The translations under genes and the position numbers were made by a program. A DNA stretch of 64,000 nt, taken from Macrostomum hystrix. Its lineage: Eukaryota; Animalia; Platyhelminthes. Below are positions 13,788-27,000 of the stretch, in pieces. The DNA lies in NCBI GenBank assembly GCA_950097015.1, contig CATNEN010000007.1, forward strand, positions 7,998,001 through 8,062,000, read 5' to 3'. The first letter of the stretch is position 1, and each line of letters begins with the position of its first letter. The notes beneath the pieces are model-generated. The model did no database searches, was not told the origin of the DNA, and was given only the letters and a program-made list of their open reading frames with translations.

Positions 13788-15660
13788 CCAGCCACAGACA
13801 AGCGAATGCTTTCTATTACAGCTGAAGTCTGTTGCTGATGCGCCTTGCCTCGTTTCAAAATTTTACCGTTAGCTCGCCATTTTCGGATTCCGATAAAAAA
13901 GGGCGCCTCGCCTGTTGCTGGCACGACGCGAATGTCGTGTCTGGTTAGAGGGACCTCCGATACTCGTACAAATGGGATGCCGCTAACTTTTCCTTTACTA
14001 TATGTTCTGCGATTTTAATACTAGGGTTGTACCCTTTAACCAGTTTCGAACGATAAATGCTGATAATTTAGCAATTGTTAAGAAAGCTGGCGATATATCT
14101 TGTCGCAGTTCTTCTCAATGAATATTTTTCAGAAAATGCACCACAGAATGTTGAAGAGCTTCATGCCCGCAAATTTTTTATCTTTTATTTGGCTTCTGAT
14201 GTCGAGCAAGCTTCAATATTTTAATCTCTTTGATAATAGCTCGTAGAACGGAAAGCTAGATGTTTGCAAATACCAAAAAACGTCTTGCGGTGGTCTGATA
14301 GAGTTCAAGACCTATTTTTGGGCAATGTGACTTTCTACAGCATTAAATTAGGATCGAAACTTCATTTCTGTCCGCTTCAATGCCATGCCTTGGAAAAAGA
14401 GTGGGTCAAAATTAGGCTTCTTCTGAATTGAATGAATTGAGTGCCATCTGTTCAAGTGGTCAAGCAGCATGTTAGTCCCCCCATCAGCAACTCCAAAAAC
14501 GCATCTTAGTATGCCTCTAATGATACTTCAAGGCGCTGTAACCAGCCGGTCTCACCCGGTCCATCATGTAGTTGTCAGCCTGAGCGTCCCTTTGCTGTGA
14601 CGGCGGCGGCGGCGCAGCCACCTGCGCCTGGTGCGCCACAGAAGCTCGGCCGCGCGGACTGCCGCCATACTGGACGCCAAATTCCGGTCGAGGGCCGCTC
14701 GGCCGCCAAGTCGGCTGCGACGGGACACGACTGTGCGGAGCGGTGGCAACGGCGGCCACCGCTCGGCTGGACTGCGACGGAGGGACAGCGCCATGCGGCC
14801 TGAGAGGAGGAGCGAGGATTGGCACTGATTCAGGGCGGTTGCAGAGTTCAGTTTCGAAGGACTACCAGGTCAATTTTGAGAGCATGACAGATTCTGATGG
14901 GCCGCTGAGAAGACTCCGATGGGCCGCTGAGAAGACGAGCCACTCTTAGAAAGGAATCAGAGGATTCAGAGCTACCAGAGTTAAATTCGGGGTGATATTC
15001 GTAAATGTGCAGAGTCAATAGGGGAGGATCCTGAGTACACTCCCTGTGGGAGGGGAAGATTTTTTGGGACGAACTCACGATTTTCAATATTGTCCAACAG
15101 CTCTGCAAATGCATGAGTCTCACCTGCGGATGTTGAGCAGAAGTGTACCACCGCTGTTCCTGATGATGTCCTGAGCCTCCCTGTGCAGCATGACGGTGGC
15201 GTCGCAGTTGTCAATGCCGAGCAGGATGTCGCCCCTGTGCAGCTCGCCTTCAGCTGGGCTGCCAGTGAAAACCTATGGTTCGAAGTTCAATTAAGAGGGT
15301 TTCTGAAAATATTTCGCTTCGAGACGATACAATAGGCAAGAGCACATTGTTTCCTGATCTCCAGCATCTTTTATTCCTGGCTCCATGAGGTCTCCTGGCT
15401 CCTGGCTCCATGGCTTCACTGCGGACACATACTCAGGTGTTCTCAGTGCGAGAGTCGGAGCGGTTACAACTTTTCCAATTCGCTGTCTTGCTACACATGC
15501 CTAAGACCAACCCCCATCCAGCTTCCCAGCCTGCTGCCTATCGGTGGTTACTCACGCGCTGCACAGTCAGTGGAGTGTGGAAGTCGGCTCCGCCCTGTAC
15601 TCGGAAACCCCACGCCGTCTGCAGAGAGTCGCGGTAGAGGCGCACAGTCAATGTCGCCAT
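7697..15660 (-). CDS. PDZ + ZM (Zasp-like motif) protein of the Zasp/ALP-Enigma family, without LIM domains, ~454 aa
   Basis: Minus-strand exons 15660-15556, 15272-15124, 14799-14556, 13105-12952, 8788-8269 and 7889-7697 are all GT-AG, with phases 0,2,0,1,2 and a total of 1365 nt. N-terminal PDZ: MATLTVRLYRDSLQTAWGFRVQGGADFHTPLTVQRVFTGSPAEGELHRGDILLGID...HREAQDIIR. ZM motif: KQYNTPINMYSKQNV. ALP-like motif: SQVYKLVHE. Confidence 0.9.
8479..8540 (-). repeat. Coding 12-bp tandem repeat encoding (GGGH)n in the Zasp-like exon
   Basis: About 5 copies of CCGCCTCCATGA on the + strand; translates as HGGGHGGGHGGGHGGGHGGG on the - strand. Confidence 0.85.
8931..11866. repeat. Intronic minisatellite, 45-bp unit (GCTCTGACATTGGATTTGGTAGTTGTTGGTATTGGTTTCAGGAAT), ~65 copies
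   Basis: Period read directly; one 16-bp deletion near 10235. Lies in Zasp-like intron 8789-12951. Confidence 0.98.
13753..13785. repeat. (CAG)11 microsatellite in the Zasp-like intron
   Basis: Seen directly. Confidence 0.9.
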
Positions 15661-18600
15661 TGTTGCTGTCTTGCCTGCTCTAAACTTATTGAATAAATCT
15701 CCTTATCCTACTTTTTTGCAGCACTTCTTCTGGAGAGGGTCGTCCGTCGAGACCAGCTTAAAGAAACGCCGCGCCTTGGCGAAAACAAAAAACCACTGAG
15801 AGAACGCCCGAGATTTGTTATTTCGTCAGCCCCGATGTCGCTCTCTCAGTCTCTCGCGGTCTCTGCTGCCTTGACTCGCCTTGGGCCCGGAGACAGGATC
15901 GGGGGATGAGAGGATCCGTCAGCGATGGGGACTATGGGCTGGAGGTTCGGCCTCCTCTTTTTTACGTAGAAGTTTTCTATCGGGAAGGAGGCTGGGTGGG
16001 TGAATAAAGCATCAGCGGTTCGGTGTGCAATGCTTCTCTCTCCCTGTCTCTCTGTCTTGGATGCTAAAATTTTACAGTGCCGCTGCTGCTGCCGCTGCTG
16101 TTGCTGCCTGTTCTGGGCTCTTGCCTGCGCATTCGAATGACTACAGCGTCTATCAGTTCACCACAGACCTGGGCATTGAACCTCACACACGATGCTCGCA
16201 CGCACACTCTTATACCCATATTCCCGGCCTCGCAAAGTTCACTTCACCTGGTTGCTGGCGCGTTGCGAGGCAGAAAATTTTGGTTGCAGATCGGTAAAGA
16301 GCGGTTGCCATTCGGCGGCCGGCTCTGGCAGGCATCCTTCAAGGCCGGATCTCCGCCCACACCCACTCCTGCTCGGCCCGCCTGTTGCTTCCTTTCTACG
16401 ATCGATTCCGTTTTGCTTGTCTCGCACTTTTAGCGCAGCAGCAGCAGCCCATGCTATCAGCTCGGTCTCCGCATCGGCCGCGCGGCAGCGGATCACGCTC
16501 GTCCCTGCAGCCAGCGCTCCACTGCTCGCCTCGCCTCCTTCCGGGCAGAAGCGCAGGCAACAGCTGCTGCGAGTGCCCGGAAACCCTCCAGGAGAGCGAA
16601 GAAGGTGGAGGAGGCAGGATTATTTGCGCGAAAACAGGCGCCACCCTCTTGTCCCAGATGACCCTATCATCAAGGAAAACAGACACTAACATGTCGATTG
16701 GTCGATTGTTTTCAGTTCTTCGATTCGCCTGCTGGAGGAATGTGAATTGGGCGAAACCAGTCAGGAGGAAGTCGCTATTAAGCTCTCTCACTTCCCTTCT
16801 GTATTTAGACTTGTGGCTAGTTGCCATGGAAAAATTAGTATGGCATCATTGAATCGTTTGATACTTTAGGCTTACGTTAAGGCTTGCTCCAAATAATAGA
16901 GCAATTTGGCACGGAAGCACAGCAGAAATAATGAGCGTGCCTCAATTCAAACGTCGTCTTATGCTTGAAATGGAAGCTGCACAACGTATCTGAACGACTT
17001 ATAGCCACTTCTACGATCCTAGATCCCAGATCCTAGATATGAATCCTTGCTCATTCCAGCGAGCTGCTTAAAAACAAATGGTACCATTCCAGGACTTGAG
17101 TTGCAGAGTGGTTAACGCGTTTGCAGCTCGGTCCCGCGATGAGGCCAACATTAATTTCGGGCGTAGCCGTGGAGAGAAGGCTTCATGGCTTGTCGTGTAA
17201 TTTACGCCCTTAAGGGCCAACCTCCAAGGCACAATGAGAAAGACAAGTTCAGATAGATTTATATATCAAACGCCTAGAATAGTAGACTGCGCTGCTAAAA
17301 GTTTTCTCCGGGAAATGTATGTATTGAGTTTACAATATGCTGTCGTTAACGTTAAAGGTATATTATATTCTACTAAATTTATTAAAAGGGAACCACAAAA
17401 AAATCATGTATTTCTTATATTCCTTAAATGTCAGCGGCAAAATAAAGCCGTGCAACTTTGCGGTAAGCATTGCTGAGGTTTTAATTGAACTTTATTTAAG
17501 GTTTTTCCTGATTTCTACTCTTAGTAGCACAGAATGATTGGATCAGTAAGTGTTTTATTTTAAACATGTCTATATTCTATAAGCATTTCCATATTTCCAT
17601 ATGCGCGTGGGTGTCGGCGTCGCGGTGTGTGCGTACATTAAGTGCATCATGGGGGTCTTGGCGATCAACGTATGGGAGAATTACCTGCAATCGACTCTTC
17701 TATACACAAGCCGTCTGTGAACACAGCATGCATGTGAAGTTGTGGGAATTAGGCATTTTCGTTTAAATGTATATTGAAAAAAACGTTTGTTTATGTGATT
17801 GTTTCTTCTAAGAAAAAATATTTTTTTTGGTTTAAATTTAGGTGCTGCCGCATTGCAGAAAATAGGTGCGTGTGTAGTGTAGTCTGTGGAACGCATTATT
17901 AACATTTTTTGTCTCGCATAGTACGCCGCGGCTAGCACTTTCTACTTCTTGTATCGCATTATTAAAAAGAAGCGATGCAAATAACTATGTATCTGAATTT
18001 TTCACTTAGTTTCGGATTTTCTCATTATAAGTTGATATAAAAGTGAATACTTTGCATGCAATCACATTTTAATTCTCTTGTCTTTAAATAGCTATTTAAT
18101 TTTTTTCGAATACTAGGCTTCTAGATTTTTATCTGTGATTTAAATTTAGCTTTTGGTACCAAAATAAATTTGGCGAGGACAGTGTGCTATGTTGACCTGC
18201 TTCTGTTGGACGCTGGCATTGTTATCTCCTACCCCTGTAAATTGACAATTTTGCTAACAATCATGTTAGTATTTACTATTGGCCAATAAGTCAATGAGAA
18301 ATATGTATTTGTCAATAAAAAGAGTTATCTATTACCAATGCAATGGGGTAATAGCTAGTGTAGTGAAAAATGATATTTTGCATTTTACTGTGAAATGTTG
18401 GAGCATTATAATAGATGAAGCTAATTATAATTAGTCCATCCAATGGGGCCGGCTCCAGACCATGTTTGCTTGCTGGCACTAAAGTGCTATCCAATGCAGT
18501 CCCACTTATCACTTTTTGCCTGGGGCTATATGTTTTGTTGTTTTTGTTTTTATAATTACTGGGCCTAACCAATTTATGTTAAGACCTTAGGGTCTTATTA

Positions 18601-21010
18601 AGTCAATTGAAAGAATATCCTATTTCTAAATATTCACCTCAAAAGTACATTACTTGTTCTATGTACAGCATGGTAAAGGTAAAATATTGCCTAAATGGTC
18701 TTTACCTTATTAACATAGTATTCCTATTAAATTGTCACCTATTAGCCAAGTCTACTAGTAAGCATTAAACATCTATATCATACATGCGCAACCTCCCAAA
18801 TCTTAGCCGGCCGTGCGACTTAGTTTTTGCTCTCATTTGCGACTTAGTTCATTTCATTGCTCTATTTACGACTTAGTTTGCTCTCATTTGCTCTCTTTTT
18901 CTCTCCCCTTTTTCCTTTTCTTCACGCCTTCCTTTTTTGTCCCTTGGTCCCCCCTTTGATTTTTTTGCGCTTGGTCAATTGGTTTTTGCGACTTACCTTG
19001 CTTGGCCCTCGTTTCACCCGGCCGGGTCGGCCAGGTGTTGCGCATGTATGATCTATATGCTTAGCAGAATGTGCTATACAATGATTGTAGCAGTGACTAT
19101 GTGGATATTTATGAAAACTATTATCTTACATCAGTTGGTTCTAGCTATACTTATTTTTTACTTTCCACCTAGAACCTAGTGCCTTTCCATAAACTTACTT
19201 AAACTTTCCATAAACTCCATAAACTTAATTCCACAATTACTTTATATATACTTATATTATCTATCCTTTTTTGCTTCTTCAAACATGACTAGCAATCAGT
19301 TTAACTGTTTAATTTTATATTTAGCTATTTAAATATCATTTAATGTATCTTATTTAAAAACAAGTAAGCATTTTTTCTTTTTTTCTGTACACAATGCCAA
19401 TCTCAACAGCTTGCTAATGTACAAATTGCTGTATTTATCTATTGATCTATCCATTAGCTATATTGAAAGTAAAATGTGTTACATTACATACAGAAAATGT
19501 GTACAAAATGGTAACCTATATTGGTCTTACTTTTTTGTTGTAGTCAAAAAGGTTGAAAAAGTAACAATCACAAATCTAATTTAAGTATTTGTGAATTCGA
19601 TTTTTATATGCAAACTATATAAAAAGGCTATAGTTTTCTTTGAGTTGTTGTTAGGTGAAAACAGTATTTTAAACTGGTGTTTATAAAGTTTTGTTTTGTG
19701 GCTTTTGTGTTTTATTAATCTTATCAGCTTTAGAAACCAGTGTTCCAAAACTACTCGCAATAGTTAGTTATGATGCCATGTAGCTACATCTCTGTAGTGA
19801 CATGCTAGCAAGCAACCATATTCAGCCATATTACCTTTTAATGTCATCAGTTTCCTATACCCTTTTCCTTTCATAGGTTTTCAATGCAATTTCTGAATGA
19901 CTATCTTTTGGTATGCCCTACAATATTGCTCTGAAATTGGTGTTTTACTGCTTCACCAAGTGAAATTGAGGCGAATTGATTTTCACAGAAGAATATACTA
20001 AGAAGGGCCGCTCTGTGTTTATCTCATTTGCTGCCGAGTTGTACAGCGCCTCTTTCTGTTTCACTCACTCGTTCCTTCTGTGCAAACACAGAGGGCAACA
20101 TTCGCTGTCAGTCTGCTGCACTGGACTCATTCTTCTTAGTACTATTGCTCCTTTTGCGCTGCTGGCGCTCCTCTTCCACTGCTGCCTTCAGAGTTTCCGC
20201 AGCAAAGCCTTCTCAGGTGCACCTCCCACTCCCCGGAACTATGCCAGGTTGGATTTCGTGATACAGCTTTACCAAGGGAGAGAGTGAAGTGCAGACGAGA
20301 AGACGGAAAGAGAGATTGTGTTTTTGAGGTTTTCGTGAGCTAAGCACTGGTAGTTTGCCAGTGTGGGCGTGGAAAGCAAGTCAGGCCGAGGCAACCTGCT
20401 AAACGCACGTTGCTAGCTGTCAATCAGTGGCCAAATCTTTGGCACCAATGCATCTGATTGCTACAGAAGCAAAAGAAGCTTTACAAAGACGAGCTTGTTC
20501 GACCTCTTGCGCTTGCATTTTGCTACTCCGAGTCCTGACCCGAGTCTGACCGGCGCGGCTTCTCAGTAGTCATAATTTGCACCTGGCAAATTATTGTAAT
20601 CCGCAGTTTAATGAATCCTTATGAAAGACGAGGCGATTTCTATTTTTAACTGACCCCTGTGTTTACTGTTTATGCGCAATCTCGTGCATTTCGCGTGCAA
20701 CATTTTAGGAGTAAAGTGGCATTCTTCCATTGAGCTAGCCATTTTCTCCATTGACCGGATGTTTTGAATACATTCTCTAGTTATTAATTAATATAAATTT
20801 ATTTAATCATTTCTATAACTTAGGCGTTGCATGTAATTATGCTATATTAATATAATAATAGCCTAAATCTGCTAATTATAAGTTAATTAATATATCTTGT
20901 TCCATAGACCAGCCGTGAAGTGTGACGCCACCAGCAGCCACGGGCCGGCCGCGGCAGACAAGAAATTCAAATTGAGCTCAGAAAATCGATAACAAGTAAC
21001 TAAAAAAATC

Positions 21011-24000
21011 ATGAAAAAGCTGCGCCGGCAGCTGTCTGGCCTGGCCAAGAGGCGCCACGCTCCCAGCCTGTCGGCGCTCTCCGAGACCGACACAGGAGAT
21101 GCGGCCGGCTTTCAGCATCTGCAGCCTCAGCAGCAGCAGCAGCTTCATCATCCTCGGTCGGCTTCAGCAATTGCCACTTCCTCGGCATCGGCTGCTTCGC
21201 TGACTCACGATGAACGGGCTAGGTCGCGCACCTGCACGGATCTTGAGCATATCTACGCCATGCCGGGAGCTACTGTCTGTGAGTACATGAAGTCATGCCC
21301 TATTCAAAGCTACATTTTCTTGTAGACTTATAAAGCCGATCTGGTACTTAAGCGCTCATATTTTCTGCAGTGTTGTTACACTTGGCACACTTCTGTTTTT
21401 GTTTACATTGACAGTATAAGATAAACGCCATTTTTCACCCTTGCTGTCTTGTGCCCCACCACGTGAGATAGGAGGCGCCTTTTCGTCACCCTTTCTCATT
21501 CGCTCGATTGCCTTTTTGCTACACTTTTGCGACAGCAACACATTTAGGATTTTTATGTTGCTTTCTGCTGCTTTTTTATAAAAAGAAAATCTTCTGAATT
21601 AATCCCGACCTTCTGCCGCCCCTGTTTGATCTCTGTTGCCCCTCAATGGAGCGCCGCTCGCTTCTGTTGCCTTCGTCAATTCCCCATGGAAATTGGGAGT
21701 GGGGCAACTTTTCTGTCGATTCCATTCGCTTAGGCCGCAGAAGAATTAGCCGGAATTGAATGGCTTTCAGACTGAAAAGCCCGGCTTAAGTAAGTCTAGA
21801 ACGCAGCTTAGATTCGGAAGTCGGTCTGGTCTGTACTTTCCTCGCTCCGCCATTGTGATCCCAACTTTCTCTTTTTGCTTCGGATGTCAACTCGCCGTCC
21901 CCTCCTAAGTTCCTTATCGTGTCTCCGCTCTGGCGACATGGCTGTGGGTCGCTGGGGCGCGGGTGGGTGCTATGGAGGGGTCAGAGAGAAACCTGATGCG
22001 GACGATGGAGGGCTAGCTGCTGGTGGCGTGTGTGCGTGCTGGACCTGAGGCACCTATCCTTTAACTGCTCTCCGTCTCTCCTCTTACTCTCCCATGGAGA
22101 TGAGAGACGAGGCGATGCGGCATGGGATTAAAGTCAGAGTCTGGACTTCTCGCCTATTTTTGTTTTTTGAGCGCTTCTGATGCCTGGCAAAGGTGGGGGC
22201 ACAGTTCGGCCCGCTAAATGGGAAACTTGCCTTAGCCTGCCTCTTGTCTCGCCTTCCCTTGTTTTTTTTGGAGGATCTGTGGGATTTTGTTAAGCAACTA
22301 GTTTTCCCCGCGCACTAATTGCCTCCCACTTGCCCGTCGTAAGCCGGTGCATCGTATTGATCAATAGAGAGTCTAAAATAGAAGGAAAGTGTCGCAATGG
22401 CTCCGACTTTGGCTCCCGCCTTCCACCTCAGATTTGCCTCCTTTGTGTTGCCGACGGATGCGGCAAGTGCGGCGGCTCCGCATTGCTATTGATTGATTCC
22501 ACAGGGCCGAGATTAGAAAGCGCTGAAATCGATGGCCGAATGCGCGGCTCTGGCCTGCTCGAATTGGCCGATAAATAATAATAATAATCCCCAATGCCCC
22601 CCGGTCCCACCCGGCTTTGTACAGTTCGCTGCACCTCGTCCCCGCATGCGTTCTCCTAGCGGCTCCCGCCTCGTCGCTGGTGTGGAAACTAATTTCTAGA
22701 CGACTTTTTTAAACTAGATACGAATTTCGTCTTGATTATTTTTATTCATATCCCCTATCCCGCTCCCCTTCTGTGGAATTTATTTGCCAGCCAGTGCAGC
22801 GGGTGAGTGGGCGTTGAGTAGGATTTGAAGTGGGAGTTTTCAGCTGCCAGCCCGAGACGCTAGGCTAAGGGCGCGGATTCGTTTCTCGCGTCGTGATAGC
22901 TCGGAATTTATGATTATGGCTATTATTTATTATGACTATTCTGCCCTGTGAAACGGAATCAAAGACTGGCTGGCGAGCTGATCTGGAGTTTGCGAGTGCA
23001 AAAGTTCACCTGCCAACCCCCTCCGCCTTTTTCTCTATGTTGGTCTCGCGGCTCGCAGAGAAATGCGCAAATTAGTGACTGACGGCAACTGGCGTGTCAT
23101 TATTTTGGCCTAGCGTTAAATAGCACGAATTACTGAGCGAAAGCTGGCAATCAACTGTAGAGCAAATGAATGCTGCTTGGCACTTGGGATTCTAAGCATT
23201 TTGAAGGGATTTTTCAGAAAAATTCAACTGGCAGCTTATAGAGACAAGAGCAAAGCTTTTAAAGGGCCTTCTAAAAGGCTTACCGGCTAAACTGGCCCAG
23301 CTGGTACTGTATTTGGCGTCGGCAGGCCTGGGGCATAGGCAAATCTGTGAGCCGCATTGCACTGGCTGGTCATCCGTGCCTCGAATCCTATTCTCCGGTC
23401 GCAAGCATTTTTGCAATTAGCTCGGATTTTCTGCTCTGCCGCATAATAAGCCGCTGCTCCGGCTCGCCCTCAGCCCCCCCCCCACCTCCCATCTCAACGG
23501 CCTGACAGTCCTGTGGGACACTCGGTTTTTGCCATCTGCCGTTGCCAATTAAGCCAGCAGTGCAGTCAGGAGATAGAGCCAAGCACAGTGGCGTGTTGCT
23601 GTTGTTTTTTGTGTATCAAGGCAGTGCTGGAAACCAGTTTCTGTTCACAAGCGCGAATAATATGCTGAGAGCAAAAGCTTGCGAGGAAGCAGTTTATATC
23701 GTAGCAACCTATGAGTGTTATGTCTGCCCCCCATTTTATTGGGACAGCGAATAATCTTCGAGTATTTCTGTAATAGTGCGGTGGCACTCTAGTGCAACAG
23801 CTAAAAGCAAAAAAGGTATTTCATCAATCTCTTCTATTCCTTGAAGTTTCTTGAGGCACGTTGAGGCATTAACTTTGCTGCTTGCGTTTTGTTGGGATCG
23901 CTTTGGAATCTGTGGAATGAAAAGTTCATCGCGTGTAGTACTTTCACTTTATTGATTACAGTTAGAAAATTAGTTTCAGTTCGTTAGTTACCAGCAGCAG

Positions 24001-27000
24001 CCTCTGCCTTCCAACTAGTACAGTCGTATAACACTGCAAAACTGCTTTAAATGCACTCCAGCAAGTTCAGCGATGCTCTGGCCAGGTGTCATATAAATAT
24101 AGCATTCGCCCTTCCACCCTCGTTAGGTAAGCTGCACTTGGCAGCAACAACTGGGCATGCTGAAGGCTGTTTAAACTGAAAAGCTTTAACTGTAAACATG
24201 CGCTTGGTTAAAGCCGCATCTTCGGCAAGGGTCGAATTTCGACGGAAATTTTACTTGCGGCCAGAGAGAACTTTGACACTTATATTGATTGCCTTTCTGT
24301 GATAAACCCGCGACTCGGCTCAGATTGGCGACCCCCGCTAGGGATCAGTGAGTGGCAGTGTGTTAGCAGCCCATGATGAAGCTTTATTTATGCATAATAA
24401 ACATGAGCTAGCTCATAACTGCTCCCCGCAGCGAAGTTGACTCCTAATTCTGCGCCATCCAATCTCGGTGCGGCCTCTTATTTAATGCGCAGCTGAAATT
24501 GCTTTCCTCAGCCTGGGCTGGGCCACGAAGCTCCTGAATCTAGAAACTGGAGAGACAACTCCCCGCCAGACCCCCATTATCCGGACCACTGTGGGCTGAC
24601 TGGCTGTCCCGAAAATACACTGGGCAGATAGAGAATTCTGATTCACTACTTTTAGAATAACACAGATTAACACAGAACTTCCGTATCGTGCAAAATATTT
24701 TTAATGTGTCTATTTCACTAGAAAGCTGAATAAATTCTCTACATTTTAGCTGAAGCTACCAGGTAGTGAGTCTACCTGGTTCAGCTAGTGAGCTGTGCTT
24801 AAATAAAGTCCATGGAAGGCAAAAAAGTTCACTAGTAGTAGGGCCTACTTAATTGGAGGCTGGGAAATCAGTGCCTCCAAATGAAAACAACGGCAGCCTG
24901 TAAAGTCCATAAAACCTGACTCATTAGCATTTAACAACATGCGATGCTGGCAACACCGCCAGGATAGATAAGACAGGAGTGTCTAATCAAAGCCAAACCA
25001 GACCTACTAGTGATGTGAGTTGCCTGTCTCTGATTAACTGAGCTGTTGATCAGTCGGGGCTCAAAAACTATAATTCCATTAAGTATGTCTGACCTAGTTT
25101 GCTTCTAATCTGTGCTTGCACTTTAGCGACAGTGTGGTGCGTTTACTATTTCCGCTCAAATTTAGTTGGTAGATTCGGGCAGTAGAAATAGACGTACTTT
25201 ATTTGACTTAAAACCGTTAAGATAAGAGTATGTAAGTGAGATAAGTACCAAAACTCATTGTAGCTCGTAGTCTCTTTTTTTCAAGTACAAATCGTCTGTT
25301 TCGAATTTTCGTTCTTCGTCCAAAAACAAAAAGACACTCTTAGTGCTACTTTTTAAGTAGGCATGTGCGTTTTTTACAGAAAACTTGTTTCTCTGTAATT
25401 ATCAATTATTTTAAAAAATCTGCAAAATTCAGCGCAATAAACAAAGCTCGTTGGTAGCAGTTGCTTCTGATTGCAAACAGTGGTCCTTTTAGCAGCAGTT
25501 GCTTTTGCGCAGCATAAATAGCTTAACTTTCTTGTGTTTTGTTCTGTGCATCGCAACGTTTCCCATGCCAGCCTCTCCGGTTGTGCCACCTTCAACCTCG
25601 CCCAGCACCAGTGCTGATCCTCGCTCTTGACTGTCTGCCTAGCTCCAGCTTAGCCTCGTGGGGGCTTCGCTGGCCCACTTAATTAGTTGCCAACTGCGAA
25701 AAAGAGGGGAGATCTTCATCTTGCACGAGAACCAGTCACTCGTGCGATTTCTCCAACAGCAGTGGGAAGCATCCAGTATTGCATTGTATACCTTGCCTAG
25801 ACCAATCAGTTGATTTTTCTTGTATCTCTCTGCGCATCCCAGGATGCTGGGGTTGGGGACCGGGTGTTCTAATTTTCACATTTTTTAGTTGAATTCCTCG
25901 CCTCTCTTCCAGTATAGCCAGATGTGGCTGCAAGCCGAGTTGTCACCGGCTGGCCAGTTAGAAGGGCCTGCACTAAAGTTATTATTTTTCATAGGTTTTC
26001 TATCTCTCTACTATCCTCCCTTGGTTTAGTCCACACTCTCTTTCCTGGGACTGTGATTTCGCTCCAGTGTGTGTGTGTGTGTGTGTGTATGTTTGTCTAT
26101 TGCGATGAAGTTTCGTCGCACGGCCTGATTGATGATATGACAGGCCAGTGCGCGTTCGAGTTCGGTTGATAAAAAACTGTAGAGAAGAAGAGAATAATGG
26201 CATCTGGGAGCAGCCGGAGAACGTGCACTGCGAGAATTTCGACTAAAAAAACACTCCCAGCTTTGCCTGCGGCTGATCTTCTTTCTCGCTGTGTATTATC
26301 GACCGCGGTGACCTCGTTAAAAGGAGTGCGTTTTTGAGTACGTGCTGCATTTCTTTCGCCAGTATGGTACAAGTGCACTGCACTTTTTTTCTTAGCAGCT
26401 GTCCTTTTTGGCCAAAAAGGAAAGCGTCGAAAATTTTCAGGCTCGGCTTTGTATCACAGTGCCGACACACTAAGAAGAAATAATTGTTCGCTGGTGCTGG
26501 GGCTGAAATGCTTGTAAATTTGCCCTCCGGCTAACAGGGCACTGACTCTTTCAAGTCAACCGGCTTTTAGAAGGAATATCACATTTCCAGGCTACCTTAG
26601 CCGCCGCCGAAACAAAGGACTGCGAAGAAAACATGCTGAATAGTGCAGCACAGAAAAGTGGCCGAACATTAGTTACGCGTCCGTTATGTCCGTCCGTCTT
26701 GCTATGTGAACTAAAATAATTGCTGCTGCTACGAACAATAAAACAAAAGGACAGTTGGCCACAGACTTTCTTTTGTTAATTAACCTCAATCTTGTCCGTG
26801 GCCGCCGATGCCGCATCGGTACTGCATCTGTGTCCTATGCAACTCTCTGTCACGCGAAATTACTGCCTGAGCGCTTTTGTTTACGAGACCAGTTTGCAAT
26901 TTTATTAGCCGAATAAAACCAAGGGCAGACTTTCTCCGCCCTGAATTCACTGTCTGGCTGGCATTCACCGCCCATCTCGGCTGTATGCCGGCCGGAAAGC

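Noticed and set aside
16451-16852. GC-rich ORF (MLSARSPHRPRGSG...) divergent from the Zasp-like start; possible further CDK first exon
   Set aside because: No recognisable homology and only a weak phase-1 donor (G|GTCGAT). It may be 5'UTR or promoter sequence; cannot be supported without RNA data.
17095-17140. tRNA/SINE A-box-like TTGCAGAGTGGTTAACGCG (also a B-box-like GGTTCGCCTCC near 6814)
   Set aside because: No matching partner box at the right spacing and no cloverleaf.
17480-19960. AT-rich tract (also 48950-50200) as a possible decayed transposon
   Set aside because: No terminal repeats, target duplication or transposase/RT-like translation that I could recognise.
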